The notes under the pieces are model-generated. The model saw nothing but the letters and a program-made list of their open reading frames with translations. It had not been told where the DNA came from and did not search any database. A stretch of DNA of 64,000 nucleotides from Azolla caroliniana (lineage: Eukaryota; Plantae; Polypodiophyta). Every line of letters begins with the position of its first letter. Position 1 is the stretch's first letter. The position numbers were made by a program, and so were the translations under genes. Below, one piece after another: positions 60,849-64,000 of this stretch. The DNA lies in NCBI GenBank assembly GCA_043228905.1, contig JBHGNT010000021.1:13239372-13303371 (forward strand). Direction: 5' to 3'.

Positions 60849-61043
60849 TGTCGCATTGTTACGCGCGTGCGTGCAGAACGAGGCGAGACCACCGAGGTCT
60901 TGGACCGAGAAATAGCTAAAGGAGGAGAACGGAAAGGCAACGGACGCACTTGCACACGCACAGACATGGGAGCACACAGGAATCACAGTCCAACAACACA
61001 GCAAAACGAGACGACTAGAAGTCTGAGTATATGAACACGTATG

Positions 61044-61100
<57 letters not shown>

Positions 61101-63303
61101 AGACGGTTTCAACTAACAAGCCGGCAAGGCAAACACAGCCGCTTGTTCACTCACACACAGAAGAGCGAGATGGAGACTCTCCCGGAAGCACACGGGCGTT
61201 CCACGGAGCAGAGTCAGCCTCCCTAAAACCTGCGCAAAAATGGCTATAGAGAGTGGCAGAGGAGAAGGGATCGGTCCCAATCCAGTAGCACTTCGTCCTC
61301 TCTAACGCGCAATACCCTTTCCATTCCTCTCCCTCTCTTTTATAGCCCAAGGAGGGAGGCCGTTATCATCTGTTACATCACATTAATTCTCTGTCCTTTT
61401 GGACAAAGATACACCTCGATTCTCTCCCTATTGAATGGGTGCTACCTTAGGATTTCACCTCAGCCGATTTGTACCTACCTACTTACCATACAACGAAAAG
61501 TGGGCTCGCGTGTAAGGCCCGGTTTACACACGCTAAACTCGGTTTCTGCCTAGGGACAGTTTTCTTCACGACATCCGCCCCCACCTAACCGCACATCCAT
61601 CGGTATGCGCCAAAATTGGGCTCTTGCTGGAGAAAACCGGTCCATGCTTTACTCCTCCTCTTCCGGATCGTCATCCGCCTCGGACCGCCCGTCGTCGCCG
61701 TCCATGCTTTCCAGATCCGGCTCGCACTTGTGTCGTTTCTTAAATGCTTTGACCCTCTTCCCCGCTACCGGTATTGCAATCCTCGTACCGTCGAGCTCCG
61801 CAAGATGGTAGGTCCCGTTGTCGTTGGCGACTGTCACCACGTAACGCCCGAACCACCTCCTTGCAAACTTCCGCGTTGCCCTGTGCTAGTTGTCAAGGCT
61901 GTTGTCATACACTAGGACCCAGTCGCCTTCCTCGATTTTCTTCGGTCGCAGTCAGTGAGTCCGGTCAAACCGCCCTTTGTTCTTCAACCTTGCCAATTGA
62001 AGCTTCTCCGCGGCTCGTTCCACGTCCTTCGGCCTTCACTCGAGTTGTCGAATCCGCTAGCAGCTCCTCCCGGCTCATCTCATCTCTCCAGTCCATTGTG
62101 GCCCATGAGGAGATGGTTTGCTCTGTTGGCATGATCGGCCTCTGTCCGTACATAAGCTCTGCCTGCATGAACCCGGTTCGAACTGTGCATAGTTCGGTCC
62201 GCCCACAAGGCATAAGGTAGCAGTCGTGGCCAGTTCTCGACTTGGCCTTCACACGCTTGTACTAACGCTTTGACGATTGGCCCGTGTCCGCACTCCACCT
62301 TCCCATTAGAGTTGCTCCTCCGGACGAGCCTTTGACCATGCCGGTCGAAGTCGATCCGGTCTCGAGCCAGTCTCGGGTCTCTTCCCTTCACGCTAGCGGG
62401 GTTGGCACGAGTCCCCTTGCTGCTACAGAGCCCGCCCTTGTTGATCCTTTATCGACCCACTCTCGTCGTTTGTCGAAACGGCCACAGACTCTCTTCACCA
62501 TGGCCCAATTGGCCATCAACCCGTCATCAGTCTCCAACAGGAGACCCACTTGCTCTCGGTCCCTCGCATCCACCGACTTAACGAACAGTAGGACGCGACT
62601 TGTGTCTAGTACAGTCCGGTCGAGCGCCGAAAGATGCCCAAAGCGTTCTTCAAACTCCCGGAGGAGCACCGACGCATTTCTCCCCTTTTCGGGGGTCTCT
62701 ACCCATTCCATGAAGTCCCGTTTCGAGAGCTGAAGCGTGTCATCAAGCCCGTATTTTTCGAGGAGCCGACCTTGAAACTCTTCCCAAGTCCGGCTCTCAG
62801 CCCGTACCTCGAGCACCTCCGCATGGATGCCCGGCATCGCCACCCGAGGGAATCTAGTCAGTCGCCTTTCTTCCGGAATGTCTCTCATTACCATCTCGGC
62901 CCGGTAGGCCTCCAAATAGCTCGTGGCGTCCTTCCCGCCGAACCGGCCTATCATGGCGACGACCACTTCAATAGCCCTACCGAGGGCGCCTGCACCTTCG
63001 CACGCACTCACTATCCGATCCACAGCCGAAGCCATGGCTTCCGCGAGATCCGACCCCCTCATCTTTCTATTCCTCTGCCGCCTTTTCACATCGGGTTCAC
63101 GAATTATGTCGCGTTGTTACGCGCGTGCGTGCAAAACGAGGCGAGATCACCAGGGTCTTGGACCGAGAAATAGCTCAAAAGGAGGAGAACGGAAAGGCAA
63201 CGGACGCACTTGCACACGCACAGACATGGGAGCACACAGGAATCACAGTCCAACAACACAGCAAAACGAGACGACTAGAAGTCTGAGTATATGAACACGT
63301 ATG

Positions 63304-63350
<47 letters not shown>

Positions 63351-63823
63351 AGACGGTTTCAACTAACAAGCCGGCAAGGCAAACACAGCCGCTTGTTCAC
63401 TCACACACAGAAGAGCGAGATGGAGACTCTCCCGGAAGCACACGGGCGTTCCACGGAGCAGAGTCAGCCTCCCTAAAACCTGCGCAAAAATGGCTATAGA
63501 GAGTGGCAGAGGAGAAGGGATCGGTCCCAATCCAGTAGCACTTCGTCCTCTCTAACGCGCAATACCCTTTCCATTCCTCTCCCTCTCTTTTATAGCCCAA
63601 GGAGGGAGGCCGTTATCATCTGTTACATCACATTAATTCTCTGTCCTTTTGGACAAAGATACACCTCGATTCTCTCCCTATTGAATGGGTGCTACCTTAG
63701 GATTTCACCTCAGCCGATTTGTACCTACCTACTTACCATACAACGAAAAGTGGGCTCGCGTGTAAGGCCCGGTTTACACACGCTAAACTCGGTTTCTGCC
63801 TAGGGACAGTTTTCTTCACGACA
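60849..63823 (-). mobile_element. Internally deleted non-autonomous Gypsy I (tRNA-Trp family): LTRs 60849-61573 and 63107-63823
   Basis: PPT at 61574-61587. The integrase tail (to ~62307) is fused directly to the gag N-terminus (ORF 62388-63089). Degenerate Trp PBS at ~63086-63100. Confidence 0.9.
61044..61098. repeat. (TA)n microsatellite in the LTR of I; shorter copy at ~63304-63348
   Basis: Directly visible. Confidence 0.95.
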
Positions 63824-64000
63824 TCCGCCCCCACCTAACCGCACATCCATCGGTATGCGCCAAAATTGGGCTCTTGCTGGAGAAAACCGGTCCATGCTTT
63901 ACTCCTCCTCTTCCGGATCGTCATCCGCCTCGGACCGCCCGTCGTCGCCGTCCATGCTTTCCAGATCCGGCTCGCACTTGTGTCGTTTCTTAAATGCTTA
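63824..64000 (-). mobile_element. PPT and integrase tail of a second tandem copy of Gypsy I sharing the 63107-63823 LTR
   Basis: Matches 61574-61749 at a period of 2250 bp. Confidence 0.9.

Overview
This 64-kb window is a eukaryotic nest of LTR retrotransposons with no recognisable host gene. It is most likely land-plant, probably bryophyte, heterochromatin (inferred from the mix of lineages). LTR pairs and target-site duplications (TSDs) resolve two nests. Nest 1: a Gypsy-type LTR (1-230 + 30096-30716) is split by Copia A (231-30095), which carries Gypsy B (1749-10097) and Athila-like Gypsy C (11902-27880); C in turn carries Copia D (18537-24463). Nest 2: a self-priming Tcn1/chromovirus-like element (from 33663) carries Gypsy E (34545-46326), which carries an intact, very young Copia F (38501-43955). 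The remainder holds a decayed Sola-like DNA transposase next to an 18-unit palindromic array whose spacers flip orientation, truncated Gypsy G, Copia H, and a tandemly repeated non-autonomous Gypsy I. The most striking observation is element C. It has no polypurine tract (PPT). Instead both inner LTR edges carry tRNA-Arg primer-binding-type sequences in opposite orientations, which suggests tRNA-primed plus-strand synthesis. Other highlights are a CpG-centred 4-bp target preference (ACGT) of the tRNA-Trp Gypsy family, a duplicated PPT with a read-through C-terminal extension in the Copia A/D family, and a tRNA-like Pol III promoter at the edge of the Tcn1-like LTR. tRNA and lineage assignments are from recalled sequences, not database searches.
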